From NCBI RefSeq assembly GCF_964204645.1, contig NC_134030.1:11305947-11369946 (forward strand): 64,000 nt of DNA. The letters run 5' to 3'. This document shows, one piece after another, positions 36,688-49,602 of this stretch; the stretch's first letter is position 1, and each line of letters opens with the position of its first letter. The notes under the pieces were generated by a model. It saw nothing but the letters and a program-made list of their open reading frames with translations. It searched no databases and was not told the origin of the DNA. The position numbers and the translations under genes are program-made. This DNA comes from Tubulanus polymorphus (taxonomy: Eukaryota; Animalia; Nemertea).

Positions 36688-36759
36688 AAATTACTTGTGG
36701 TGATGAGTGGTGTCTAGTACTCTAGTACTCTGATCTGAAACCCACATCTTCCAATTACT
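36688..36759 (-). repeat. Right terminal inverted repeat
   Basis: 72/72 match to the left TIR. Confidence 0.97.
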
Positions 36760-36999
36760 GATATGCTGGAGTCACTATTGCAAAGTTCAATCAATGGTCC
36801 TGATACTGCTAATGGTAATGAGGTGGATGAATTGATTCAGGAAGTATTGAGAATCTGGCATGAAAAGAAACACCGCAAAAAAATGAAGTCGAATTCGGTT
36901 GGTGTAGACCAACACAAGAACTTTTCTGATGATGATGAACTCTCAAATACTTCTTCAGATACTTCCATGGATTCTTGTTTGTCCGATTTTGATAAATAA
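36760..36999 (+). pseudogene. hAT transposase C-terminus (remainder of the dimerisation domain)
   Basis: Removing the Polinton and one TSD copy restores KRIKTRLRNS-LSDDMLESLLQSSINGP, followed by W..KKHR and an acidic tail. Confidence 0.85.
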
Positions 37000-38101
37000 A
37001 CTTTGTAGAATTCCAGTTAAAAATCTGTGTTTTATTCATTAAACAAGTGTTTAATAATATTTCTTGTGTTTGTAATTTTGTCGTCAAATATTTCAGCATG
37101 AACTTCTGAAAAAGAATTAATGAAAACTTAATATTTATTAGGTACATGCTTAATTTCTTCGATTAATTTCTATCAATCTATCATATGTACATACGTAATC
37201 CACCATCATGTTCCTGTTTGGGGCTTTATGTTCAGCTAGATTTAAAAAAGAAATATTCTATGGAACTATGCAAAACCAAATGCATCTGAGATGGCTCCAG
37301 AATGCAGGAAAATCCGTCAAAATTGAAAATTTCCTCGGGGGGTGGACCCCCAAACTCCCCTTGCTCTCTGGACGCCTTGGGTGCCTCGGGTGTTGCTGCT
37401 GTTACCCGCCCAACATTTACTGTTACCGGATACAGATTTTCATTTTGACAGCACTTTTGGCCCACGAGCATTTTTGGTTCGTTCTAAATTTAGCCCGGAA
37501 CATTTAGTATTCACATGGGTGCCAAATGGGCCCGAGCCTGTTTGGCCCGACCAAAAACGTCGGACCAGGCCCGAGCCAAATTTTAGCACCAGACAAATGA
37601 TTGCGTTTGAATTGCAACTGGCACCGGAAAGAGATCCACTTCGCTTTGTTTGAGCATTGTTTGGTATCGAGTGAATCGTTTGCGTGTAAACGCGCTCTCT
37701 GTTTAGGCACGGGCCAAATCGTATCCGTGTGATCGCGGCTGTTTACATGCATATAAATACAGAATGAACTGTGCACAAGATTACATCCTCGCTTGCCAGG
37801 GATCCGGTATCGTTCCCCGAACTCGCTTCCGCCAACGGGGAACATGCCATATACTTAGATCGATTCAAAATTATCATTGATTAAATTGAACGAACCGAAA
37901 TTACATGCGCCGTTCGTACGGCAAATTGAAGAACTGAGTTATATTCACCTGTTCGTTGAAAATGAACTAATTTTCACTGCGTATATATGAGTGTATTGTA
38001 GCGACATCTGGTTGGTGCCGATATATAGTTGGCCTAAACACTATGAGGCACCAGTACCAACGGATGACCCAAAAGAAGGTTCAAAGCTCATAACCAGTAA
38101 T

Positions 38102-41100
38102 AACGCGTTCTCAAATGTTTTGATACTTTCTCAGTTTGTATCAAAAATATTGCCGATTTTTGGTCCTTAAGTCCTGAAAAATGATAAATTTACAGTGTAA
38201 AATCGTACAAACGTGTCATCTATACCTCAAAACACTTTATTTCCTGACCAATTTATGATGTTATGTGTGGGCCATAGACCTCAATATCTGCCTGTGATCT
38301 CAACTTTCAATTAAGATTACGTAAGCTACTCGTGCCCAAAACGCGGCAGGCGCACAATAGAAAGTTACGCGCAGGGTACTTTTATTGTCGCCGACAAAGA
38401 GGACCGATATTTTGCTAATTGGATTCGGGAGGTTTAAACCTCCCAAGGTCAATTTACTAAAATTGTGACCTTCAGGGAGATTCTACGAAAGGCCGATCGT
38501 TATCAATTTTGGTTGAACTTGATACCATAATGCTCGCTGGTTTTAATGTCAAACCATGTAGTCCATATTTGGTAAGTTGTAAATTACGTAAAACCGAAAG
38601 AAAAACCAATTATTGGATCGAGTTTTTCCTAATTACACGAATTACGTGAAATATCTAATAAATGAAATGTATACACAATACCAATAAGAACAACCTGATT
38701 TGATTCTGTTCAGAATTCATTCCTATATTTTCGTCATAAAAATCGGAGGCAGTATTTCTCATTGATTTTTTCAATAGCGTCATTTCAGCCATGGACTGTA
38801 AAAATACGTTACTGATTCCATGGTTAAGCTCGTTTTCGAGTAAAATATTGCATTTGATTCATTTCTCGTTGTGGTTTTGTCAAAGCTATATTTTCACAGT
38901 CCGATCAGTGATACAAATAGCTAGTCAGTTACCAACGGTATAGCCAATAATCTACAGAACCACCCGAACAGCGAAAATTAGCAAATTGTACCAGTGATAC
39001 CAGTTTTTGTCATGATTTTATCGAACATGTCATTCAATAATCGATGTGATCGGGTAAAAACTCGCCCCGTAAAGGTCCCTTTCAGTAAAAATCCCCTTGT
39101 TAAATATACCCCAAGGTAAAGGCCCCAGGTAAAAAACCCGAATAAAGATTTTTCAGTGTCTAGTTGGATGTTCTTTTCTTGTTCCTCTGTATACCTGTAT
39201 ACCTTCTCTATCAGATAGAAATGTTGTTAACTGCAACTATCCGTTAATCAAACTGTTGAATTATTTTTGATAATCGGGAGTGATGAAAAGTTAGGAATGA
39301 AAATTAACGGTTTAGCTACTTATATATAGTTTAAAATCATGTATTCTGCTTTAATAAATGCACTGTTTTATCTAAAAATATTATCTGACCCGAGTGCCTC
39401 AATCACAGTCCATCTCACTGATTACTTCATCACAAATAATCACCAGCCATTGAAATGTTTAATCCTCATACAATACAATACAATTATCTCAAATCTAAAT
39501 TTCATGAGATAAATGCCCCTAGATTTCATAGGTTTTATTCCAACTGTTGCGACAGTCATATCAAAACTGGACCATTCATATCAATAGACGTTAAACTGGA
39601 CTGTTAATATATGAAAAGTCTTTAAGGCCATATCATATATCTGAAGTGCGCTATGTTTTGCCTTGCAGTAACAATTTGATTTGTCACATGATTACTCAAT
39701 ATCTTCATATAATTTCCAAATAAACGAATACATTTCCATTGTTATGTTAAATGACATCAGCAAAAGCAAATAGACACAAACTACTAAACTACTGTGTTTA
39801 GGATGGTTTAAGAGATTGGACGCCGATTGATACGAAAAGTAGATTTCATGCAATCATTTTCTTTCTTTAAAATCGTTGCGAATTAACGCGCGAGTGTTCG
39901 ACTCTGGACGAACGGTTAATAGAATTTTATCGGGTTAGTCTTTCTATAGCCGACTAGCTATTTAATACCAGTGATTAAGCCATAAGTAAATAAAGAAGTT
40001 ACTTGGGATGTTTAATCAATTGATGACAATGTACAAGTAAAACCAGGCCTATGAGACACCCGTAATGTAAAATGATATCATGCAAGATATTCATATAAGC
40101 GTATTTTAGTCCTGATTTGAATGAATGTACCCACATTTTAGGCAATGAATCGAGACTTGGTTTTATCCCATAGCGTCAGCGCTAGTACATGCTTGAGATG
40201 AGATTGTTGGTTTATATTTTGAACTCTGTTAAGAAGTTTTGTACATTTAAGCGTGAATGACGCACTGTGATGAACTATGTACGAAATAACATATTAAATT
40301 CAATGAAAGAATCTTAATGTTCCAAAAGGAATATAAGTGTAGTTAAGATTAATAGTTCTTTTTTTTTCTTAATGAAAACCGATGATATAAAATAATTTAG
40401 CTTATTATCCCCAAAGTAAAAATCCCCCGGTAAAATATTCCCAATATTTGATTTAACTAACATAAAATCAACACAATTTATTATGTTCAAAAAAACTCAA
40501 CTCATAGATTCAAGATTTCATTGCACTTCTATTAACTGAAGATGATAGTAATGATGTATAGATGTATAATATGATGAACGAACGTTTGATGAGGAATAAC
40601 TACTGTGGTTAGATACAATTCTCATTCTTAGGATACGAATCGGTTGATTGAATTCGGTCGTTGAAACTACTGGCTAATTTACAGTGGTCACTATTGAAAC
40701 GATTAATTGAAGTGCCCTTGAAATCAAGATAGATTCCTGTTGCGTAAATTAACTAATTTTTAAGCGACCACCTTCTATTGTCGGTATTCGGTTAGCTCTT
40801 GGTTAGCCAGAGGTTTTACCATACAGACTCGGACTAGATGATTAAATTAAATCTTTGAATCAAAATATTGTCACTGGAGTAAATATATATTCCTTATTAC
40901 ACTTTCAGCAGTGATCATATTTTACATGTAAATTGAAGGTATTACTGTCATCTAAAGTTAATAAGGGATTAGAATCGCAAAATTTAAGTTGTTCAAAACC
41001 AACATGAAAATGAGAAGAAAATACACAATATCCGTGTATGGTGAATAACGAGACAAATCCCACAATGAATTCAGCTAAAAATCAAATGTTCTACGAGCAA

Positions 41101-44100
41101 TGTTTCGGCTAATGCTATTAGCCATCATCAGACCCCCGTCAACATGAAAATATTGATAAGTAAATCGAATCCATATCATAAGCATACTATACCACAAGTT
41201 AAAAAGAGTTATTTAGTTCGAATTAAAATATAGTATGAATAAGAATATGAAAAGATAGTATGAATAAAAAGTTCATTAATTTCATTTATTCTATGAATTT
41301 ATTTAAAGATTTATTTCATCAAAAGAGATCAATGCACAGTTAAATATATTGCAGTTGTATTGTGAATGAATATGTTTGAATAAATATCGTGCTTTCAAAT
41401 GTTCTTGAAAAATCGCCAAGTGAGGATTTTACCTAGATTTTACCCCAGGCCCTAAATCCAGTAGGTTTATGGCGAAAGGTTAAGATTAGGAATGTATTAG
41501 CAATATGATTTTTTGAAACAGTATTTTGTCTCCCGATGATTTGATTTGCAGGTCAGACTTATTGTTGACCAAAGTTCTTAAAGTGAATTGCTTTAAAGTA
41601 ATAAATATCAATGAAACAATATCATAAATTTTGAAGTGAGTTATTTTGTAATAATCCAATTTAAGTGCACTCCGATGCATGCTAAATTCTTATAAATTCA
41701 TTTATAAATTCAATTTATACATTTTCCCTCCTCACTTGTAATTTTATATTAGTTTTACTAATGAACATAACAGTGACTTGTGCCTAATGTCAATAAGCAG
41801 CGATTGGGTGCCGCCTTTCTGTGTTAATCTATCACGAAAGATTTAACTCGATTAGAGCCGCTGAATACGTATTTCTTTGCAGCCTAGAGTTTATGCATAC
41901 ATGTTCTAAATCAAGACAATATGCTCTATATCAGAGCCTATACTAAAGCATGCACTCATAATTCGTTGAAGAGTCCGAGGCTTAATTGTGAGAGTTGTTA
42001 TACAATGAGTAATTAAATGGTGGGATTACAATGGGAGAGATCATTTCATCAGCCACATCGTTGCCCCAGGGAGTTAGTTATATTCGTTATAGCCAAAATA
42101 CCTTGACCATGGACTCTAAAACGTCCATGACTTGACAGAATATAGAAATTTGCCCAGAAAAAGTTATGCATATTCCAACAAAAAAAGAATCAATAAAGAC
42201 TTATATTATTTGAATTTAAATGAAGAGACGAGTAGTACTTTAAAGGTTAACTATTTATTTCGACGCACGAGCTTTCGCTTCTGATGTATAGAAGCTTCAA
42301 TGAGTGAATTATTAGAATTGGTGCATTTAGTAAATTCCGGAAACAAAACCTAGTCTTAAGAACTACCATTAACCAAGTTTCAAAGAATTTTGTTCCCTTA
42401 TGATATTGAATGGTGTGAAATTGAAGTGTCCCTAATGATATATCTTTATTTAAGTTCAACTAACTTACCCAGTTAGTGATGATAGTTGAATAATTAACAA
42501 AATAATAGTTGGAATATCGTTTAGGACAAATTAGGATTTTACCGGATAAGTTTTTTCCTAATAGGCTACCTTTTTGAAGAGCATGCATCCTGAGATACGT
42601 ATACAAAAATTCGTTTGACGCTAAATGCAGAGTTTTCACGGTAGAACATATTTGGACATCAATTAATCACGTGAAGGAGATGAAATGACAATTTGTCACT
42701 GCTGAGCTTATTTTCCTTCACTGAACTTTTTCTAAGTTTTTTCAATATTCTCTAATCCGACATTATATACGCTGCGAACTAACTGTACACAATTTCGGGT
42801 TTGGGTTGTTTTTGGAAAAAACAGATTCCCAGAAAATTGTAATTTTTGGGTTCTTGAAAACGGTCAATATGTTATAGCAGGTTAATGTATAAACCGCATA
42901 GAATAGCTACAATAAACAAAATGTATCCAGGAAAATATATATTTCAGAACACGATCGATTTCACTGAATTTAGCCTCATCATGTAGGATAAAATGAACTT
43001 CTGTTGATATTGCGATTGTGCTGTCGTTAGCTGTCGCATAGCTTATTCGAATCGCTATCGAAAGTAACAAAACAATGGTCACATGTGTCAATGAACTTAT
43101 CGCTATTCGAAGTAATGGGCGTATTGAAAAATTTCTCAAGCACTTCGAATTTCCGATTGCTTAATCGCCAAATTTGCATTCGAAATATTAAGCCAATCTA
43201 TTCTAATTCATACCTGGTCGTGTTATAAGCAATTCAAGCGTTTAGTTTGTACTTTAAAATAGAATGAAATAGATTTATTGATGAAATACAAAACAAGTCA
43301 AACAAACTCAACTAACTGACTACTGCTGAGTTATTTATATTTGATGAAAGAACATATTCTAGTTACTGACATTGGCTCGCACCTTGATTATTGTCTAAGT
43401 TGTACTATAACTTACATGCCAATGGATGTTTGTATGCGCCTCTCTGATTGGCTAGAATCCTTGCATTCGATAGAAACTGACGGCATCAGTGAACTAACGG
43501 GGAAATTAGAATTGTATGTTTGACCACGGATTCTTCGTTTTTGAGTCCATGGTTTTGGCTCTGGTTTTATCGTGAGTTTGATTAACGTACATTGTAGAGA
43601 ACAATGGTGGGGATTCGAATAACGTGCATTCTTTATTCAGAAAGAGTATCATTACGTATATACATATAGAAATTAATACAATAACTTTAATCAGAATTAT
43701 CTCATCACGCAGAACCAGTGAAATAGCCGTTGTAAAGCCGCAAAGTAAATTGAATCAATGAGTAGTGCTCACGCATTTGTTTCCATTTCATAAGAATCAA
43801 TTCCAAACAGATGAATCAGATTCGAATTTTTGCTTCTTCGTTATGCAAAGTTTTTTTTTATACCAGGGACTCTTAAACGATTTAGGTTTTAGAGTCCATG
43901 GTTATATGAATATCTTATGATTTCTCAACTTTCATCAAATACTTAGGAATGCCATTGAAAGATTTTCAAACCATTAAACGTTTGGGTAAAAAGTTCTGCT
44001 AAATTTGATTACCATCGGCTTTTTAGATAATCTCCACGAAGGTCACAATTTTAGTGATTTGACCTTGGGAGGTTTAAACCTCCCGAATCCAATTTGCGAA

Positions 44101-44407
44101 ATATCGGTCCTCTTTGTCGGCGGTAATGAAAGAATACATAGAGCGAAGTTTCTATTGTGCGCCGGCCGCATTTTGTTCACGAATAGCTTACGTAATAAAT
44201 TGAAAGTCGAGATCACAGGCGGATATAGCGCTCTATGGCCCACACTCAATTCATAAACTGGTCCGCAAATAAAGTGTTTAGAAGTATATTTGACACGTTT
44301 GTACGATTTTGCGCTGTAAATTTATCATTTTTCAGGACTCAAGGACCAGAAATTGGCAATATTTTTGATACAAACTGAGAAAGTATCAAAACATTTGGGA
44401 ACGTGTT
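38102..44407. mobile_element. Large non-autonomous DNA element, or two inverted copies, with ~410-bp imperfect inverted repeats
   Basis: 38102-~38515 is the reverse complement of ~43995-44407 (shared AAATGTTTTGATACTTTCTCAGTTTGTATCAAAAATATTGCC and GGGAGGTTTAAACCTCCC). Both outer flanks read TAAT. Confidence 0.65.
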
Positions 44408-44849
44408 TAATACCTATCAATTAACTTTGTTTTTGCGTGAGTTTTGAGTTTTGCGGTTATGGATTTACCGCTATCGATCAGCCTTCCCCCTACTTAAATG
44501 CATATCATGAATTTGGGTAGGTTTTATGAGTATAATATAATGAATAACGCATTCAAGCTCATTCAAGCTCGTGCCGAGTGAGGGTTCGGGGGCAACGAAT
44601 AAATCCCCTAAATTGTTGTCATTTTTGGTTCAAGACGTTTTGAAATGTGGATACAATTTTCACATTTTTTTGGAAAATTAAAAGTAATCCATTCTAAAAT
44701 TGTTTATTCAGGTATCGGTACCCGAGCACGTCATATTTTTTATCTGTCCTTTGTCCATAGGAAACTGCCTCTTTTCGCGTTGAAAAAGTACCTTTTTCTT
44801 GAAATAGAAACTGCCCCTCAAAAAGCACGGTACGGGCCTGATAAAAACG

Positions 44850-45825
44850 ATGGTTGACCAAGGGATTATCAAACTGAGTACAAAATGCGATCAATTATAT
44901 AGCAAAACAGTTAACTATAACGAGATGATGAAAAAATATGTAAATTACACAAATCATAGGAATTGATTTGGTTAAATAAAAAGGAGAGCAAAACGTGATT
45001 GCAAAATGTTAAGCTTTAAACATAATACTAAGAAGCTGTTGGACTTGCTTAAAACAACAATGAATAAATTAGATGATAAATTGGGGATTATTGATAACTT
45101 TACTTTGAACTGAAGTAGCTAATTCAGTATGAATAGGCCACGCAAAAATTGCTTCTCATCAGTTTCATTTTCCACGCGCGTCACAAAAAAAATTCGTCGG
45201 TAAGAAATAAAATAATGAGGCGCATCAAGCATGCAGCATCTGTTTTAAATTGAAGACTCCCGAACGCATCTCGATAAACAACCAAATCGCTCGTTTTACT
45301 TCACTGTCGATTCCGTTAACGCAGTGCTTCCATCCTGATTCAAGGTAGTTAACGCCTAAATTTACCCATTAAAAAAAGATCAAAAGCTAGTTACCCTCGT
45401 CACTTTGTGAATTTTGAATAACAAGGCTTTTCATTTCATCTTTTAAAAGGAAACCTGCAGCCCTCGTCCCTTTTCCAAAAAGGGCTGATGAGATACAGGG
45501 GCATCTCTTTGCGTGGCCATAGGTTGATAAAGCCTTTTGTTGCTATTTCAGTGCAGTTGGGGCGGAATTTGCTATTAACATATCAAAATCAAACAGAAAT
45601 TTTGATCAGTATTTAGAAAAAGTGAACCATGATTCTTTTTTAATGCACCTGACTAATGAAAACGAAATGTCAACTTCATGAATAATGATAATACCAAAGT
45701 TGATAATACCAAATAAGATTCTAGAACATATCAAGGAAGAAACTTAATACTGTTAGTATTCTATTCCACAAATAGAAGGTGCATGCCCCTCTATTCAAAA
45801 TAAGCTGAGGTTATACCAGTAAACA
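44850..45825 (+). pseudogene. Highly decayed CR1/L2-like LINE ORF2 fragments
   Basis: KHNTKKLLDLLK, YFSAVGAEFAINI..FDQYL..SFLMHLTNENE and AEVIPV, with many stops. Confidence 0.45.
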
Positions 45826-46669
45826 ATCATAATGTGAATTATTACAATTGCGAATCAAGGTTATTTAATATTCAAAAAATATTAATTGAAAATATGAATG
45901 ATATATACAGAGTGATTTGAACGGATTTGGGCGCTAGTCCAGTATACGACATTATAGTGCGTGTGTAGAGTTATACCGCGTTATTCGGTCAGTGTTCACC
46001 GCAGTTGACCGTTGACAGTCGACACCTACAGTAAACTATGAGAACAGATGGCAACCTGTCAACCCGTCAACCAGAACTGAAGAACGACAGTTATTCCACC
46101 CCTTCAACAGCCATTTGTGTTCATAATTTTCAATTTTTTTTTTCTGATAAATCCATTGCGTATTATGAAGTTGCGGATGATTTGGATGATAATTATTGGC
46201 ATTTCGAAACACAAAAAGGCACTCATGTATATATAAAGTTCAAATATAATATATCTAGATAGCTATTAAAATTGGTTGAAGTTTTTTCGAGGACACATCA
46301 TGGTTATTGGCTGGATTTTTTTTATGTTAATGTGACAAATCTTTGGTCCAAAATAAGTTTTTAGCATCGTTTAAAATGTGAATGATTAGGGTTAGGATCA
46401 CAGATAGAGGTTTGGGGGCTCATCAATTCAGGAATTAGTTAACTATACCATTGGCAGTTGGCAGTTGTTCCTCTGTTAAGGAACATGAATACATCATTTA
46501 ATATTATAGACATGTGACGCTGCTGCATATATCTCCACTGATGTGTATGTCTGCACATCAACCAACCTGTCGAAGACGAGTTTCCTGTTAGTATATAATA
46601 CTATGTGTCCAGGGACACCATGTCCACTTGGGAAATGGTTTCAAATGCTCAACAATCTAACAATTTCAA

Positions 46670-47392
46670 TATTCAATGCCTCCTGGTAACCATATACTAA
46701 AATAAATGACCTTGAAACTCACCACAATCATAGAATATGTCAGCAGCTATGATTTTGAAATTGATCGTGATAACAAATGCTTTGTTACCAATTTGATAAG
46801 GAAATACTAAGTTGTTCTACTATTCAACGCCCCCTGGTGACCATATGCAAAACCCAATGACCTTGAAACTCTCCACGATCATAGAACATGTCATGAACTA
46901 ATACTTTGCAATTGATCATGGTAACCAAATATCCCTAGGTACCAATATAATAAGGAAATACTAAGTTCCTCTCCTACTCAACGCCCCCTGGTGACCATAT
47001 AGAATAACATATGTCCTTGAAACTCACCACAATCATAGACGATGTCATGAGCTACAACTTTGCAATTGATTGTGGTAACAAAATATGCGTAGGTACAAAT
47101 TTAATATAGAAATACTAAGTTATTGTATTATTCAACGCCCCTGGTGACCATATTGAAAACCCAATGACCTTGAAACTCACCACAATCATGAAACATGTCA
47201 TGAACTACAACTTTGCAATGGATCTTGGTAACAAAATAGCCCTACGTACCAATCTAATAAGGAAATACTAAGTTATTCTACTATTCAACGCCCCCTGGTG
47301 ACCATATGCAAAACCCAATGACCTTGAAACTCACCACAATCATAGAACATGTCATGATCTACAACTTTGCAATTGATCATGGTAATAAAATA
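46670..47392. repeat. Tandem repeat, ~154-bp unit, ~4.7 copies
   Basis: Recurring TTCAACGCCCCCTGGTGACCATAT...TGACCTTGAAACTCACCACAATCAT...GGAAATACTAAGTT. Confidence 0.93.
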
Positions 47393-49602
47393 TCGGTTGA
47401 GTTGCGCCTTAACAGAGATATAATATCAATATGATATTGGAAACTTAAGTGCAGATAATTTTTAATACTTCGTTGAGCAAAGCTTTGAATTATTTATGAT
47501 AATAATGACATATAAACCTGGAGGATTTGGTCTTTTAGTCTTCTATCAACCAATCTTAGAAATAGTGGCTCGTTATATATTTCCTTAGTGTGAAATAATG
47601 TGCTTAGCCTGAACCTTAAGTAGTCAGGATTTTAAATAGCTGTATGTGCGAAAATATATCGACATAAAATTTAGACTTAGAGATGCAATAAAAAAGTTAA
47701 TATGCGTAATATTCTCGTTTTTGGATTTTAATGTTTTAAAAATCAACTTAAACTTAGCCAAAAAGTGTGGGGCCCCGCCTACAGTTCTGTACATTTGTTT
47801 GAAAACCAATTTCTTCGATTGGAAATCATTTAAATGTATCTTGGACGACCAACCAATCCGGTGCACCTTAAACGTTGTACCAAAAACTTTAGAGCAGATG
47901 TATAACGTTAACCGCTTTGAGTTCATAACGTTAAGCGGTGTTCTGCGTACAAATGAGCACAGAACTGTAAAATGTACTATCCACATTGATTTTTCAAAGG
48001 CCCATATTAGGGAAGTTGTATAACATGACTTTTTTAACCAATGAGTTGACTATTTTGATTTTTTATTGATAGTATAATTATTTTGATGTTTTTCAAAGCT
48101 GGAAGAAAAAACGTCAGAATACTTATTTCAAGCGAATTTATCATGTTTGAAAATCTTTAGGTTAAAGACGAGGGAAAGTTCGCATATTAATATTTTTCTA
48201 ATAAAAATAATGTCAATTAAAATGAAATTAAAGATGGATTTGTTAATCTTAAGCTTTTTAGAGTGAATTCGCAGTTTTATCTCTAAGATTAATGCTTTTA
48301 TGTTAAACTGTTTTCGCTATACAATTCACGTGTTTGTTCATGAGGAACTTATGATAAATTCTTTGAGTATAATATCTGTCATTTAGCAGCGTATAATAGT
48401 TGTCATAAGAATTAAACGACATACATGTTCATCATCATGTTATTACTCTTCAATTGTTAATAGTTTAGTTTATAGCAACTTTTTCACCGTTGTATAGAAT
48501 TCAGTGGTTCATGTGATAGCGATTTAATTAAGGTCCTATCGTTAAATAGAGTAGAGTTTCTTGATAAATGAGGATATATGAACATTAGTAAATTGTCCTA
48601 GTTTATAGTTTATACGTCCATTATGGTTGGTCTTTTTTGAAATACAGTCATCGTGGTTGAGGAACTTATATTATAATTCCTTTAGCACGTAATCTGGCAT
48701 TTTCTATAATTGTTGAATGAAAATAAATATGATTCACGTTAAAACCTTTCAATCGTTTCATGAAGCTTTTAATAGCAACAATCAAATGTTGATTCAAATG
48801 AAGCCCTTTGGGCTTGGCCCTGCTTTGTTTATTTCATCGTTGTTTCTACCATGAGTTTTCTTGTCTGACACTAAACGCGGTATATCGTTCTCATATTCGA
48901 GAAGTTTGAATTGGTCAGTGATGGTCAATTTATGAACTTATCAAAGAATTGTTTGGTTTGAATAGAACAACGATTAGTGATTGGCTGACTTGGCCAACTT
49001 GTCACACCCCGCTGAATCCAAAATGACTTATCATCATTTACCATCAAAGAAGGCCAAAGGCCTATGTACAGACTTGATATATTATGGCTGCTGACTAGCT
49101 TTATCTCCCGATAGCTGTCATCATAAAGCAATTCTATTGTTTAAGTAGCAATAAAAAGCGATAAAGATCTTAATCCCCCGAAAAGTGAATGTATTAGGAT
49201 CGCAGCTAGAACGTCATGCAGAGAACGTGTCTGGGTGGGTGGGTACAGGATCGTAGAGCTAGATCACTGTGGAGACAACCACTGCCAGGACTGGGTGAAG
49301 ATCACGGACGACCTTCACTCACCTCGATATTCCTGTTGATTTTCTTTGGCCACGCCGAACAAAAGTGCCTTCTTTGGCAAAACCTACGTTTTTTCTACAA
49401 TGTAGAATTCTATATCATGGAGTTGAAAGAGAGCCTCCCGCCACTATTTATTCATTGAAAATTAAATCTGGCCAGATTCAAATTCAGCAATGGGCTAATA
49501 GTGTGGCAGTGCGCTTCACCAAGTTTTGACTATGACATTTAATATGAGTACATATGGTAGCAAATGAGTATTCGGTGAAGCAATGATAATTGTTGATGGT
49601 TA

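Larger units (their letters stand above)
21525..36759 (+). mobile_element. Polinton/Maverick (adintovirus-like) endogenous element, 15,235 bp
   Basis: Termini 5'-AGT...ACT-3', perfect 72-bp TIRs, 6-bp TSD GATATG (21519-21524 and 36760-36765). Contains pPolB, integrase, ATPase and two capsid genes. Intronless, gene-dense and markedly more AT-rich than the flanks. Confidence 0.97.

Noticed and set aside
21525-36759. Contaminating free virus or bacterial contig
   Set aside because: The TSD and the interrupted hAT reading frame show integration into intron-containing eukaryotic DNA.
19300-37456. Exact termini of the hAT element
   Set aside because: Only loose similarity between ~19300 and ~37430 and no 8-bp TSD, so the boundaries are not called.
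46670-47392. Regular repeat array as a possible CRISPR
   Set aside because: Whole ~154-bp units repeat with no unique spacers, there are no cas genes and the context is eukaryotic. It is an ordinary satellite-like array.
47600-49100. ORFs 47624-48023 as genes
   Set aside because: No motifs. The region looks like a very decayed LINE 3' end, too degenerate to call.
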